Positions 37,742 through 49,500 of a stretch of 64,000 bases of DNA are shown piece by piece; the stretch's first letter is position 1, and each line of letters starts with the position of its first letter. The notes under the pieces were generated by a model. It was not told the DNA's origin, did not search any database, and saw nothing but the letters and a program-made list of their open reading frames with translations. A program made the position numbers and the translations under genes. Source of the DNA: Candidatus Babelota bacterium (GTDB taxonomy: Bacteria; Babelota; Babeliae; Babelales; RVW-14); NCBI GenBank assembly GCA_013289515.1, contig JABCZU010000005.1, positions 5,424 to 69,423 of the forward strand, given 5' to 3'.

Positions 37742-40700
37742 CTAATTACGCATACCTTGTGGCGAAATCGTAAATATCCCAGCACTATTAGTCCCATAAA
37801 TCAACCCAGTCGCCGGATCATCCTTGGTTATTCGGTCATTCGCGGATAAGGAGGTAAACATGGCCGGCGTAAGGCTGGCTGGATTAGTAATTGGCTGCTT
37901 GGCCATGCTATCAAAGCTATTAAGCAGGGTGCGGCCCCCAGCACTATTAACAAACACCGTGCTGTAGGTTAATGCCGGTACTGTATTCAATAACAAGCGC
38001 ACTAGACCAAATACAGTGGTTTGTATAGGACGCAGGAACAGGAAGTTTTGAACATACCCAACCAGCGCGCTGCCAGCCAGACCTACCCGCCCATTACCAA
38101 TAAGCTCGGCGCCAATAGTACTAAAGTTAAATGGTGCATTAGCTCTATTGTTGCCAATACTCAGCAGCCCCTGTTGATTTAAGAAGAAGAAACCACCATC
38201 TTCAAATGATAATTTCTGTAAAAGGCTATTCTGAGGGACGCCTTTATTCGCGTTAATCTCCAAGACCCCTTGTTGACCAATAATGCCAACGCCCTGGTTA
38301 TGGAACTCTATATTAAAAGTTCCTTGGCTGAAGGATACAAATCCTTGTACTGGACTGGTTGGATTAGCCGGATTTTGGTTTACGGCATCAACTTTCAGCC
38401 GCGCATCTCTATCAACCACCATCGTTATTGCATCAGCTGAACTGCCTCCCAGAACAAGCTGTTGTCCTCCCTCGACAGAGATGAGCGCACCGGTATCAAT
38501 GAGCACCATTCCCTGTCCGGTGATAGAAGCGGTAGCCGGCGCTATTGCTGGTACTGTTGCGTTGTTGGTCAAACGAACTTTAGCTCTATCGGTCGCAGCT
38601 ACGGTGGCAGAGGCGTTGGTTCCGGCCCCGCCAAGCTTAATGGTAAGGCCATTTTGCAACCACACCGTACCATTACCCTGCCACTGCAAGAGCGCACCGG
38701 CTGGGATGGTTATTGGCGATGCCCCTGCTGTCATGATAACCATGGCTCCTTGGGCCTGCTTATCAAAGGTAATAAAGAGCTGGGCCCCTGGGTTAAAATT
38801 AAGTTGGCCATTGAAAGTGAACGTATTGGTAATCACAAGCTGATTATTTGTGCCATTAATATAAATAGTATCATTCGCCTTCAGCGTTGTTGGCGTTGAT
38901 CCTTGGTACACCGTGGCGTTGCCCATCAAATATAATTGCAACGTATTAACAGGATCAATATCAAAATTAGTAATTGACCCATTTGATACTTCAATGCCTC
39001 CACTTGCGTCATTAATTACCTGAGAGCCGGTCAGCACTCGTGTCTTAATATTTGTTGGCGGCAGGGGAAAATCTCTTGTTACCATATCATTATCTAGATA
39101 GTCACCACTACGCTTTTTACCCTGCTGCTTAGGTGGCCTGTGCTGTACACTGGCCTTTGGCTTATTAGCGGATGGCTTAGTAGCAAGCGGTTTATTTACA
39201 ATCGGCTTGCTCTGAGCATCTTTATTATATTCACGTTGTTTTAATTTTTGCTGAGCAAGGAAGGCGGCCTCCTGCCTTTTGCGCATAACTTCAAAGGCAT
39301 TGGTGGGGCGTTTTTTGAGCTGTTGCGGCTGTCTGATGACAAATGATGAATCAATAGCATTTGGAATATTGAGTGCAGTCAACGAAACACCGGCATTTAC
39401 TACCAAGTTGGCGGCCAACTGTTTTACCGGGAAGTTCTGAATCTGTATGTTTTGTCCACCAATCACCGCGTTAAGGTCAGTCACAAAGGCATTGGAGCCT
39501 AGATTGTTGACTGCTACCGCATAATTATCAAAAACAAGGCTGCTATACGCAATGCTAGACCCACCAACCAGCAGTAGATTATCACCAAAATTGACCGTTG
39601 GTGTACCTGAGACCGGCAACGTGCTTAGGTTAAGGGAGATATCTAACTGACTGTCAAATAATGCGCTATAGCCAATCAGCCCACTGAGTGTTAATTGATC
39701 ATTACGTAGCCGCAACGTATTATTTACAGCTTCAACAAAGAAGCTCATATCGGTATCAACATCAATATCTACAATGCTCTCACCGGTCAATGCCATGGCG
39801 CCCGTAAATATGCCGCCCGGCACAGCAACGCTTGCTACCGCAACACTTTGCAACCCTGTAAATTCTATATTTTCCAAGGCGATGGTACCCAGGCCAAGAT
39901 TGAAGGTTTTAATAATATTACCGGCCGAATCAACAATTGGCTGGATACTAACCCGCTTTTGAGCCCCTTCGCCAGTGAGGGTAAAGACGTTTGGCGTGTT
40001 TTGATCACCAAGTACTTGGATGGCATCCCCTGTTAATGAAATATCATCAATCAACTGAAAATCAACCCTAGGACCAATCAATAGTGAACTACCAGCTCCA
40101 AAGTCAAAGGTAAGCCCAGTAAGGCCGGCAAAGGTGATATTTTCTATCTCAAATATTACCCCCGGCTTTAAAAGAAGCTGCGGGTAAACAACATCACTAA
40201 ACATTATGGTCGCGCCCTGACCATTCAAGAGTAAATTATGATCAATTATAATCTGCTCACCTGGCTGCACCGTAAAACCATTGGTTATTGTCAATGTAGT
40301 TGATAGCGGAATCGTCCCAGTAAGCTCACCGCCACGCATAACTTGAATCGCACTGCTCAGTATTCTGAATCCATATAAAAACGCATTACTCGTATCACGT
40401 GCCAAAAATAAGAATGCCGCACTATTGATACGTGATAAAAATACTATTGCTTCGCTATTTACTCTATCACCGTACAACAATGCATTACTATTGGTGCGAT
40501 CACCAAATAACAGCGCATTACTGTTATTGCGGTCACCAAAAAGGAGTGCGTTACTGGTTATTCTGCTGTTATACGCAAAGGCTGCGCTTAAGACTCTATT
40601 TAGATACAGCAATGTATTACTGTTGTTCTTGGTTAGGAACAACTTGGCATTACTATCTGTCCTCTCATTAAACAGCAGCGCATTGCTATTTATGCGATCC

Positions 40701-43700
40701 CCAAATAACAGAGCGTTACTGTTGTTTTTAGTAAGAAATAACAATGTATTGCTCAATATCCTTAGGTTTTTATTTGTTGATTGGCTATTATTAATAATTG
40801 CAAACAACAAGGCATTACTGTTTATACGATTCAGGTACAGGAGTGCATTACTATTCACTCGATTATTGTAGGCTGCCGTCTCACTATTTATACGATCTCC
40901 AAAAAGAAGCGCATTGCTTGTTATCCTTGTTGCATACAATAATGCATTGCTATTGTATCGCACTAAGAAATTCAATGATTCACTGCTTATACGCGATAAA
41001 AATACTATTGCCTCACTATTTACTCTATCACCGTACAACAATGCATTACTATTGATGCGATCCCCAAATAAGAGAGTGTTGCTGTTTATACGGTCACCAA
41101 ACAATAACGCATTACTGGTGATTCGATTGTTGTATAGAATCGTGTTACTAAGCGTTCTGTTTACATAAAGAGCGTAACTACTAAAGGTACGATTTCCCGA
41201 TAGTACTGCGTTACTGGTCACCCTACTATTATATGCAAGGGCTGCACTTAATACTCTGTTCAGATACAATAACGTATTACTATTATTTTTGGTCAGGAAC
41301 AATTTGGCATTGCTGTCTGTTCTTTCGTTAAATAGCAACGCATTACTATTGATGCGATCACCAAATAACAAAGCATTGCTATTATTTTTAGTAAGAAATA
41401 ACAATGTATTGCTCAATATCCTTAGGTTTTTATTTGTTGATTGGCTATTATTAATAATTGCAAACAATAAGGCATTACTGTTTATACGATTCAGATACAG
41501 GAGTGCATTACTATTATTGGTCGTTAGGCGCAGCATCGCATTGCTGTTTATACGATCTCCAAACAAGAGAGCGTTACTGTTAATGCGATCACCAAATAAC
41601 AAGGCATTGCTTAACGTTCTATCAATGTACAGTGCGTAACTGCTACTTGTGCGATTGGCTGATAATATTGCATTGCTCGTGATTCTTGTTGCAAACAGTA
41701 ATGCATTACTGTTGTAACGTGCCAAGTATAATAATGATTCACTGGCTGTACGCGACAAGAACACTATCGCTTCACTATTGACTCTGTCACCGTACAATAA
41801 GGCGTTGCTGTTAATGCGATCACCAAAGAGCAGTGCATTGCTATTGACACGATTCAAGTACAACAAGGCATTACTGTTGTTGGTCGTTAGGCGCAGCATC
41901 GCATTGCTGTTTATACGATCTCCAAACAAGAGAGCGTTACTGTTAATGCGATCACCAAATAACAAGGCATTGCTCAAGGTTCGATCAATGTACAATGCAT
42001 AACTACTACTTGTACGATTAGCTGACAATATTGCATTGCTGGTCACCCTATTGTTGTACAAGATTGTATTGCTCAGCGTCCTATTCACATAGAGCTCAAA
42101 GCTACTGGTTGTTCTCTTTAAGGATAGCAGCGCATTGCTGGTGATTCTATTGTTATAGAGAATTGTCTCGCTATTTACTCTGTCGCCGTACAATAAGGCA
42201 TTACTGTTTATACGATTCAGGTACAGGAGTGCATTACTATTATTGGTCGTTAAGCGCAACATTGCGTTACTGTTGATACGATCTCCAAGCAAAAGCGCAT
42301 TGCTATTGATGCGATCACCGAACAACAAGGCATTGCTTAACGTTCTATCAATGTACAGTGCATAACTGCTACTTGTACGATTGGCTGATAATATTGCGTT
42401 GCTGGTCGTTCTATTGTTGAATAGTATCGTGTTACTCAATGTTCTGTTGCTGTAAAGCCCATAACTGCTAAATGTGCGATTGGCTGATAACAACGCCTCA
42501 CTAGTAATTCTATTGTTGTAGAGGATCGTGTTGCTAAGCGTTCGATTTACATACAAAGCATAACTACTGCTTGTCCTATTTGCCGATAAAATCGCATTGC
42601 TCAACGTCCTATTTACATATAACGCGTAGCTACTACTTGTGCGATTGGCCGATAGTAACGCTTCACTGGTTATACGATTATTGTACAGGATCGTCTCACT
42701 ATTTACTCTGTAACCGTACAATAATGCGTTGCTGTTTACACGGTTCAGGTACAGCAAGGCATTGCTGTTATTAGTGGTTAGGCGCAGCATGGCATTGCTA
42801 TTTATGCGATCTCCAAAGAGCAGCGCGTTACTGGTGATTCTTGTTGCATACAGTAATGCATTACTTGTAAAACGTGCTAAGGATGACAATGCCGCACTGC
42901 TGATACGCGATAAGAATACTATTGCTTCACTATTTACCCTGTCACCATACAAAAGCGCATTACTGTTTATTCTATCACCAAAAAGAAGTGCATTGCTTGT
43001 AATTCTATTATTGTATAGGATCGTATTACTCAATGTTCTATTAACGTACAGCTCGTAGCTACTCGTTGTTCGCTTTAAGGACAGTAAAGCATTGCTGGTC
43101 ACTCGGTTGTTGTAGAGGATCGTCTCACTGTTGACTCTATCGCCGAAGAGCAGCGCGTTGCTGTTTATGCGGTCACCAAAGAGCAGTGCATTGCTCAAGG
43201 TCCTGTCTACGTACAATGCATAACTGCTACTTGTTCGATTGGCTGATAATATTGCATTACTTGTAACACGGTTATTGTACAAGATCGTGTTACTCAGCGT
43301 CCTATTCACATAAAGCTCGTAGCTACTCGTTGTTCTCTTCAATGACAGTAAGGCGTTGCTGTTATACCGTGCCAGAAACAATAATGCTTCACTATCTATA
43401 CGAGATAGGAACACTATCGCCTCGCTGTTTACCCTATCTCCATACAGCAATGCATTGCTATTTACACGGTTCAAGTACAACAAGGCGTTACTGTTGTTGG
43501 TCGTTAGGCGCAACATCGCATTGCTGTTGATACGATCTCCAAACAAAAGCGCGTTACTGTTAATTCTATCACCAAATAACAAGGCATTGCTCAAGGTTCG
43601 ATCAATGTACAATGCATAACTGCTCGTTGTACGGTTTGCTGATAATATCGCATTGCTTGTAACACGGTTATTGTACAGGATCGTGTTGCTCAAGGTTCTA

Positions 43701-45367
43701 TTTACATACAACGCATAACTGCTACTTGTTCGATTAGCTGACAATATCGCGTTACTGGTAATTCTATTGTTATACAAAATTGTATTGCTAAGCGTCCTAT
43801 TAACATATAATGCATAGCTACTGCTTGTCCTATTGGCTGATAATATCGCTTCACTCGTTACACGATTATTATACAAGATCGTATTACTAAGCGTCCTATT
43901 CACGTACAATGCGTAGCTGCTAGATGTACGATTGGCAGATAACAGTGCCTCGCTGGTAACTCTATTGTTGTACAAGATCGTGTTACTCAACGTTCTATTC
44001 ACATATAACGCGTAGCTACTACTTGTACGATTGGCTGATAATATCGCATTACTGGTGGTTCTATTATTATAGAGGATCGTATTGCTATTCTCGCGATCAC
44101 CAAAGAGCAATGCCGCGCTGTTTATTCTATCACCAAATAAAAGTGCATTACTATTTATGCGATCGCCAAAGAGCAAGGCATTACTATTTGTTCTAGCTAA
44201 ATATAATAGTGTATTACTATTAGCTGTCACTGCCGCCGCATTAGTCATGGCATTAATCATGCCACCATTTAAATACGTTATAAATTTGGTACCCGCATCT
44301 GCTGCGGCGATACTGACGGTGGGCTGAATATTTTTAGCATCAGGATATTGGGTTGGATCATACCATAAGGTGACGCCATCAACCGTCAACGATGAGCTGT
44401 TGCTTACGGTCAGCACATGATTTTTTGTTACAATGGTTGATTCACCGTTGACATAAATACCACCTATAGTAAATGTGTATGAATTGGCCATTTCAATTTC
44501 AACACGCGTAAGACGCAATTGCGATGAAACACTTTCAAAAACAAAGCCCCCAAGTCCTAGTCCTTTAATCTTAATATCCTTCAAGTGCAGCGTAGTATTG
44601 GGTCTAATCCAAATAGAACCACGTTGCGTCAGATCAAGAATATTACCGTTGCCTAGGATGGTAGGCTGATTGCCAGATGTTAATGTACCAAAGGTCCACA
44701 TACCTGAGAGCTTGGTGTTACCCCGTAACTGCAAATCACTTGCATCGTTCCATAAAAGTGTATGCGTAAGTTTTAAAGAACCACTTGCCAGGGGAGCGCC
44801 AAAGGCAAACATCCTACCCGCTGTATCAACGGCACCCGATCCGGTAAGCGTTGCATCTGGCAACAGCCGAAGATCATCATCAAGAATAATGGTACCGCCA
44901 TTCATAACAATGGAACCGATATCGCCCGTAAGGGCCAAGGTAAGGCTACTGAGATTAGACGTAAGCGATAACGGACTGGTGAGCGTAAAATCTGGCGTGC
45001 CTTCTAGGCGGTTTCCGCCACGGATCACCGTAATTTGGTCTGAAAAGACACCATCAGATATACGAAAAATTTGATTAGTGTTAAGCACAATTGGCTGTGC
45101 CGACGTTGCGGCGTACGTGCCGGTAAAATAGGCGGGGTTGCCATTAATAGTCAGCATACCACCATTGAAAGCAATGGGCTGCTGTCCTGCCACTTTACCT
45201 GTTTGTGCAAGCGTCCCATTCCAGCTTGGAATGCTCGTATTAACGGTAAATTTTGCAGGCCCGACATTAATAGTAGAGTCTTGGCCAGAAAAATTAAGAC
45301 CAGCAAAACAGGTTATTTGAGCGAAGAGCACAATGATCAGATACATCAAACATGTATGATAACTCAT
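37742..45367 (-). CDS. Giant repeat protein 1 (2541 aa): signal peptide, conserved N-domain, about 118 copies of an 11-aa repeat, unique ~860 aa C-region
   Basis: Uninterrupted 7.6 kb ORF. The N-terminus is homologous to the other three giant proteins. Confidence 0.85.
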   Translation of the reverse strand: MSYHTCLMYLIIVLFAQITCFAGLNFSGQDSTINVGPAKFTVNTSIPSWNGTLAQTGKVAGQQPIAFNGGMLTINGNPAYFTGTYAATSAQPIVLNTNQIFRISDGVFSDQITVIRGGNRLEGTPDFTLTSPLSLTSNLSSLTLALTGDIGSIVMNGGTIILDDDLRLLPDATLTGSGAVDTAGRMFAFGAPLASGSLKLTHTLLWNDASDLQLRGNTKLSGMWTFGTLTSGNQPTILGNGNILDLTQRGSIWIRPNTTLHLKDIKIKGLGLGGFVFESVSSQLRLTRVEIEMANSYTFTIGGIYVNGESTIVTKNHVLTVSNSSSLTVDGVTLWYDPTQYPDAKNIQPTVSIAAADAGTKFITYLNGGMINAMTNAAAVTANSNTLLYLARTNSNALLFGDRINSNALLFGDRINSAALLFGDRENSNTILYNNRTTSNAILSANRTSSSYALYVNRTLSNTILYNNRVTSEALLSANRTSSSYALYVNRTLSNTILYNNRVTSEAILSANRTSSSYALYVNRTLSNTILYNNRITSNAILSANRTSSSYALYVNRTLSNTILYNNRVTSNAILSANRTTSSYALYIDRTLSNALLFGDRINSNALLFGDRINSNAMLRLTTNNSNALLYLNRVNSNALLYGDRVNSEAIVFLSRIDSEALLFLARYNSNALLSLKRTTSSYELYVNRTLSNTILYNNRVTSNAILSANRTSSSYALYVDRTLSNALLFGDRINSNALLFGDRVNSETILYNNRVTSNALLSLKRTTSSYELYVNRTLSNTILYNNRITSNALLFGDRINSNALLYGDRVNSEAIVFLSRISSAALSSLARFTSNALLYATRITSNALLFGDRINSNAMLRLTTNNSNALLYLNRVNSNALLYGYRVNSETILYNNRITSEALLSANRTSSSYALYVNRTLSNAILSANRTSSSYALYVNRTLSNTILYNNRITSEALLSANRTFSSYGLYSNRTLSNTILFNNRTTSNAILSANRTSSSYALYIDRTLSNALLFGDRINSNALLLGDRINSNAMLRLTTNNSNALLYLNRINSNALLYGDRVNSETILYNNRITSNALLSLKRTTSSFELYVNRTLSNTILYNNRVTSNAILSANRTSSSYALYIDRTLSNALLFGDRINSNALLFGDRINSNAMLRLTTNNSNALLYLNRVNSNALLFGDRINSNALLYGDRVNSEAIVFLSRTASESLLYLARYNSNALLFATRITSNAILSANRTSSSYALYIDRTLSNALLFGDRINSNALLFGDRINSNAMLRLTTNNSNALLYLNRINSNALLFAIINNSQSTNKNLRILSNTLLFLTKNNSNALLFGDRINSNALLFNERTDSNAKLFLTKNNSNTLLYLNRVLSAALAYNSRVTSNAVLSGNRTFSSYALYVNRTLSNTILYNNRITSNALLFGDRINSNTLLFGDRINSNALLYGDRVNSEAIVFLSRISSESLNFLVRYNSNALLYATRITSNALLFGDRINSETAAYNNRVNSNALLYLNRINSNALLFAIINNSQSTNKNLRILSNTLLFLTKNNSNALLFGDRINSNALLFNERTDSNAKLFLTKNNSNTLLYLNRVLSAAFAYNSRITSNALLFGDRNNSNALLFGDRTNSNALLYGDRVNSEAIVFLSRINSAAFLFLARDTSNAFLYGFRILSSAIQVMRGGELTGTIPLSTTLTITNGFTVQPGEQIIIDHNLLLNGQGATIMFSDVVYPQLLLKPGVIFEIENITFAGLTGLTFDFGAGSSLLIGPRVDFQLIDDISLTGDAIQVLGDQNTPNVFTLTGEGAQKRVSIQPIVDSAGNIIKTFNLGLGTIALENIEFTGLQSVAVASVAVPGGIFTGAMALTGESIVDIDVDTDMSFFVEAVNNTLRLRNDQLTLSGLIGYSALFDSQLDISLNLSTLPVSGTPTVNFGDNLLLVGGSSIAYSSLVFDNYAVAVNNLGSNAFVTDLNAVIGGQNIQIQNFPVKQLAANLVVNAGVSLTALNIPNAIDSSFVIRQPQQLKKRPTNAFEVMRKRQEAAFLAQQKLKQREYNKDAQSKPIVNKPLATKPSANKPKASVQHRPPKQQGKKRSGDYLDNDMVTRDFPLPPTNIKTRVLTGSQVINDASGGIEVSNGSITNFDIDPVNTLQLYLMGNATVYQGSTPTTLKANDTIYINGTNNQLVITNTFTFNGQLNFNPGAQLFITFDKQAQGAMVIMTAGASPITIPAGALLQWQGNGTVWLQNGLTIKLGGAGTNASATVAATDRAKVRLTNNATVPAIAPATASITGQGMVLIDTGALISVEGGQQLVLGGSSADAITMVVDRDARLKVDAVNQNPANPTSPVQGFVSFSQGTFNIEFHNQGVGIIGQQGVLEINANKGVPQNSLLQKLSFEDGGFFFLNQQGLLSIGNNRANAPFNFSTIGAELIGNGRVGLAGSALVGYVQNFLFLRPIQTTVFGLVRLLLNTVPALTYSTVFVNSAGGRTLLNSFDSMAKQPITNPASLTPAMFTSLSANDRITKDDPATGLIYGTNSAGIFTISPQGMRN
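40345..44225 (-). repeat. 33 nt (11 aa) coding tandem repeat array in giant protein 1
   Basis: Units such as ALLFGDRINSN, TILYNNRVTSN, AILSANRTSSSY and ALYVNRTLSN. Boundaries are approximate. Confidence 0.85.
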
Positions 45368-45447
45368 CTCTCCCCTACCTCTTTTCCGTTATACATAAGC
45401 ACTTATCGACGCAAGAATAACGTATTGCCCAACACCAAAACAAGTAA

Positions 45448-46500
45448 TCATTGATATTTTACCTGTCCATACATATAAACCGTCGCACCACCCTTAACTT
45501 TAGTGATTAAACTTGAATTCAAAAGTAATGCTTCGCCACTATTTCTGCCTGTGCTTGTCATCGTAACCTGGTCATCCAAGAGCAGCGTTCCTGTTTGTAA
45601 TTGTAGGCCGGTATTGGTAGAAAAAAGTGTACAGCCACTTAAATAAAGATTTGATGTTTGATCGGTCATGAAAAGTAAGTTGCTATTGGCTCTACGCGGG
45701 GCATAACTAAATGTTGTATCATGATCAAACATAAGGGTGCTCAGGGAATTAATAGTGCTGCCAACCCCCGTGGTATAGGCAAACGTTGTCGTCCCCGTAA
45801 ATACAACGTCCTTATCAAATAAAATGGATCCACGGGAGAAGGTATAATTAGCAGAACATCCGAAAACAACATTTCTCAGTACCAAAGAGCCGCTGTCCAT
45901 CAAACAGCGTATATTGGTTCTACCCACATTATTGATAGTTATATCTTCTAAAATAAGCTGCGAATTGGGCCTAACTATCAATGACGAACCTTCACTCAGG
46001 GTTAACTTTCTGCCGGGGCCACTAATTTTACAATTATCAGTAAATTGTAAAACCCCATAAATTCTTGCATCGGTATCAAAAAGTAAATTCGCTGCATCAA
46101 AATTAAATGAAAATGACATGACAAATTCTGTTGCTGTCGGACCAAATTCAAGTGTGTGAGTATTTGCCAAAATCGTGCCACTTCCTGTAAAACGTATTGG
46201 TTGGGCAAGCTTCAAATCTTCTAATAGTGATAATACGCCCCCATTTAAGTTTATGGCACTCGAGACTGGAAAAAAGGCGTTATACGTGCACGTGGTCGTA
46301 TTTGCTGCCAGAGTAAACCCATTCGCAAGGTATGCAAATCCTAAAATAGTATTTACTTGTCCATTAGGAAAGGCTGCTGTTGGATTGAGAGACACATTAT
46401 TATTAGCACCGACCGTTAACCCATGGGCTACAGGTGACAGCACATATGCTACCATTATTACTATAAAACCTATCTTGCTCATTGCCTGTGGTACCATCAA
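45448..46500 (-). CDS. Partner protein 1 (~350 aa, signal peptide), homologous to the C-terminal module of the giant proteins
   Basis: Motifs LANGFTLAANTTTCTY..LNGG.LSL, NIRCLMDSGS, NYTFSRGSILFD, FSYAPR and C-terminal YMYGQVKYQ. The start is probably the ATG at 46497. Confidence 0.8.
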   Translation of the reverse strand: MMVPQAMSKIGFIVIMVAYVLSPVAHGLTVGANNNVSLNPTAAFPNGQVNTILGFAYLANGFTLAANTTTCTYNAFFPVSSAINLNGGVLSLLEDLKLAQPIRFTGSGTILANTHTLEFGPTATEFVMSFSFNFDAANLLFDTDARIYGVLQFTDNCKISGPGRKLTLSEGSSLIVRPNSQLILEDITINNVGRTNIRCLMDSGSLVLRNVVFGCSANYTFSRGSILFDKDVVFTGTTTFAYTTGVGSTINSLSTLMFDHDTTFSYAPRRANSNLLFMTDQTSNLYLSGCTLFSTNTGLQLQTGTLLLDDQVTMTSTGRNSGEALLLNSSLITKVKGGATVYMYGQVKYQ

Positions 46501-46519
46501 TTGCTCCCGCCCTCTATGA

Positions 46520-49500
46520 CTAAAATAGTATCACGCTACCTGTCAGATTATTGCCATTCACTATGGTTGCTAAAATAGAAAGGTACATAAGTCCTGGACT
46601 CAAACTCAATGGCTGATTAAGCACCAGCGTGGTTGTTGGGTTTAATGTAAGACCAGAATATTGATTATCCATAAGAAATGAGGTGCTCTTTACATTTTGA
46701 TACACCAAATAACCGGTATCAAGTCTTAAGAGTGCACCAGAACTGATCTGGACGGCCTGATCATCACTGCTGATATTATCCCCGATAATAATACCCGAAC
46801 CGGCTGAGCCACCTTCAGCAACCAAGTCAGAGATACCATCAATAAGCAGCGACCCGTTTGTTAACTGCATGCCATACTTCGTTGCATGGAGTGTGGCACT
46901 ATCCAGTTGCAAGAGCGATGTGTTATCAGCAAAGGTAAGCAATTGCTGCCTATTCCCCTGCGGGTCATAACTAAAGGTAAATGACGGCTCTAGGAGCAGA
47001 GTAGCATTTGACTGAATAGTAGAAGCAAGCGAAGTATTAAACGCAAAGGTATATGACCCAACCATATCTAAGAAGCGTGTAACTTGGAATGATCCGCTGC
47101 TAAAGGTAAAGTTGTTGGACTGTACCCATGTCACACCATCAAAAATAATAACTGATGAGTTATCCATACATGAAAGCTTAGTGTCACCAGCCCCACGTAT
47201 ATTGGCATTTTTTAAATGAAGCTTGGCATCGTGACCAACAAGGACATTTGCATTATTCCCTAGGGTAATGGTGCATCCCTGTGCGTCCAACAGACAGGTT
47301 CCTGTAAACTTTAGCGTACTATTAATAGTAATGTCGTTAGAAAACACCAAATCTGCATTGTTAATAGTCAGCGCAGATGCGGTTGAGAAGCCGGTAAAGG
47401 TTGCCGAAAAATTAATACTATGATTATCCCCAATAATCAGGCCGCCAGTCTGAAAATATGCGCCGCTATTCAGCGTAAGATCAGAGGCCAGATACAATTG
47501 CCCACCGTGTAGTGCTATAGCGCCTGCAATAGGATAGACCGATTGAAAGGTCACTGTCGTAGTATTAGTTTGTAGGCTAAAGCCATTGGGTAGGTAGTTG
47601 AATGTATTGATTACGTTGCTTGTGCCGCCAATAAAACTATTGTTCGATGCTGTAACTGCCGTAGCCAAAAATTCATTACTGGTGATACGCTCAAAATACA
47701 ATAAAGCATTGCTCAGCGTTCTGTTTACGTACAGTGCATAACTGCTATTAGCACGATTTGCTGATAACAATGCATTGCTTGTATAACGTGCTAAGGATGA
47801 CAATGCCGCACTGCTTATGCGCGATAAGAATACTATTGCTTCACTATTCACTCTGTCGCCAAATAACAGTGCATTGCTATTTATTCGTGTTGCAAATAAC
47901 AATGCGTTACTGGTGTAACGTGCTAATGCACCCAACGCTTCACTATTTGTGCGCGATAAAAATATTATTGCCTCACTATTCACCCTGTCACCAAACAACA
48001 GTGCGTTGCTGTTAGTGCGACTCAAATACAACAGTGCATTACTATTGTTGGTGGTCAGCCTCAACATAGCGTTGCTGTTGATACGGTCACCAAAGAGCAA
48101 GGCGTTACTATTATTTTTTGTCAGGAATAACAAGGCGTTGCTTGTCGTTCTTCCTGCGCTTCCTCCATTGAGGATGGCATTGCTCAACACGCGCATATCA
48201 TAGGCCAACGTCTCACTAATGATCCTGTTATTGTACAGAATCGTGTTACTGAGGGTTCTATTGCTATAAAGCCCATAGCTACTCGTTGTCCTCTGCAAGG
48301 AGAGCAGCGCATTACTGTTGTAGCGGGCTAAGAATGCTAGTGACTCACTATTTGTACGTGAAAGAAAATTGATTGCCTCGCTGTTTACTCTGTCACCGTA
48401 CAATAATGCATTGCTATTTATGCGATTCAGATACAATAAGGCGTTGCTATTATTCGTCGTTAGGCGCAGCATTGCATTGCTATTGATTCTGTCGCCAAGC
48501 AAAAGAGCATTACTATTTATGCGGTCACCGAACAATAAGGCGTTGCTCAAGGTTCGATCAACATACAGTTCATAACTGCTTGTCGTCCTTTTCAGAGACA
48601 GGAGTGCATTACTTGTAACACGGTTGTTGTACAGGATCGTGTTACTCAGCGTCCTGTTGACATACAATTCATAGCTGCTCGTTGTTCTCTTCAGGGACAA
48701 TAAAGCATTGCTGGTTGTTCTGTTGTTGTACAGGATTGTCTCACTGTTGACCCTATCACCGAAGAGCAGGGCATTACTATTGTTTCTTGTTAGGAATAAT
48801 AGTGCGTTGCTGTTATTGGTCGTCAGCCTCAACATAGCGTTGCTGTTGATACGGTCACCAAAGAGCAAGGCGTTACTATTATTTTTTGTCAGGAATAACA
48901 AGGCGTTGCTTGTCACTCTTCCAAAACTTCCGCCATTGAGAGTGGCGCTACTTAATATACGGAAATCATAAGCAAGCGTGTTGCTTAATATCCTGTTGCT
49001 ATACAAGCCATAACTGCTAAATGTACGATTGGCTGACAACAATGCTTCACTTGTTATCCTGTTATTGTACAGAATCGTATTGCTCAGGGTTCTGTTTACG
49101 TAGAGCTCAAAGCTACTGGTTGTTCTTTTCAGGGATAGCAGTGCATTACTGTTATAGCGGGCCAAGAATGCTAGTGACTCACTATTTGTACGTGAAAGAA
49201 AATTGATTGCCTCGCTGTTTACTCTGTCACCGTACAATAATGCATTGCTATTGATGCGATCACCGAACAATAGTGCGTTACTGTTGTTTCTTGTTAGAAA
49301 TAATAGTGCATTGCTGTTATTGGTTGTGAGTCTCAGCATTGCGTTACTGTTAATTCTGTCACCAAACAAGAGTGCGTTGCTGTTTATACGATCGCCAAAT
49401 AACAAGGCATTGCTCAAGGTCCTGTCAACATAGAGCTCATAACTACTTGTCGTCCTCTTTAAGGACAACAGTGCGTTACTTGTAACACGGTTGTTGTACA

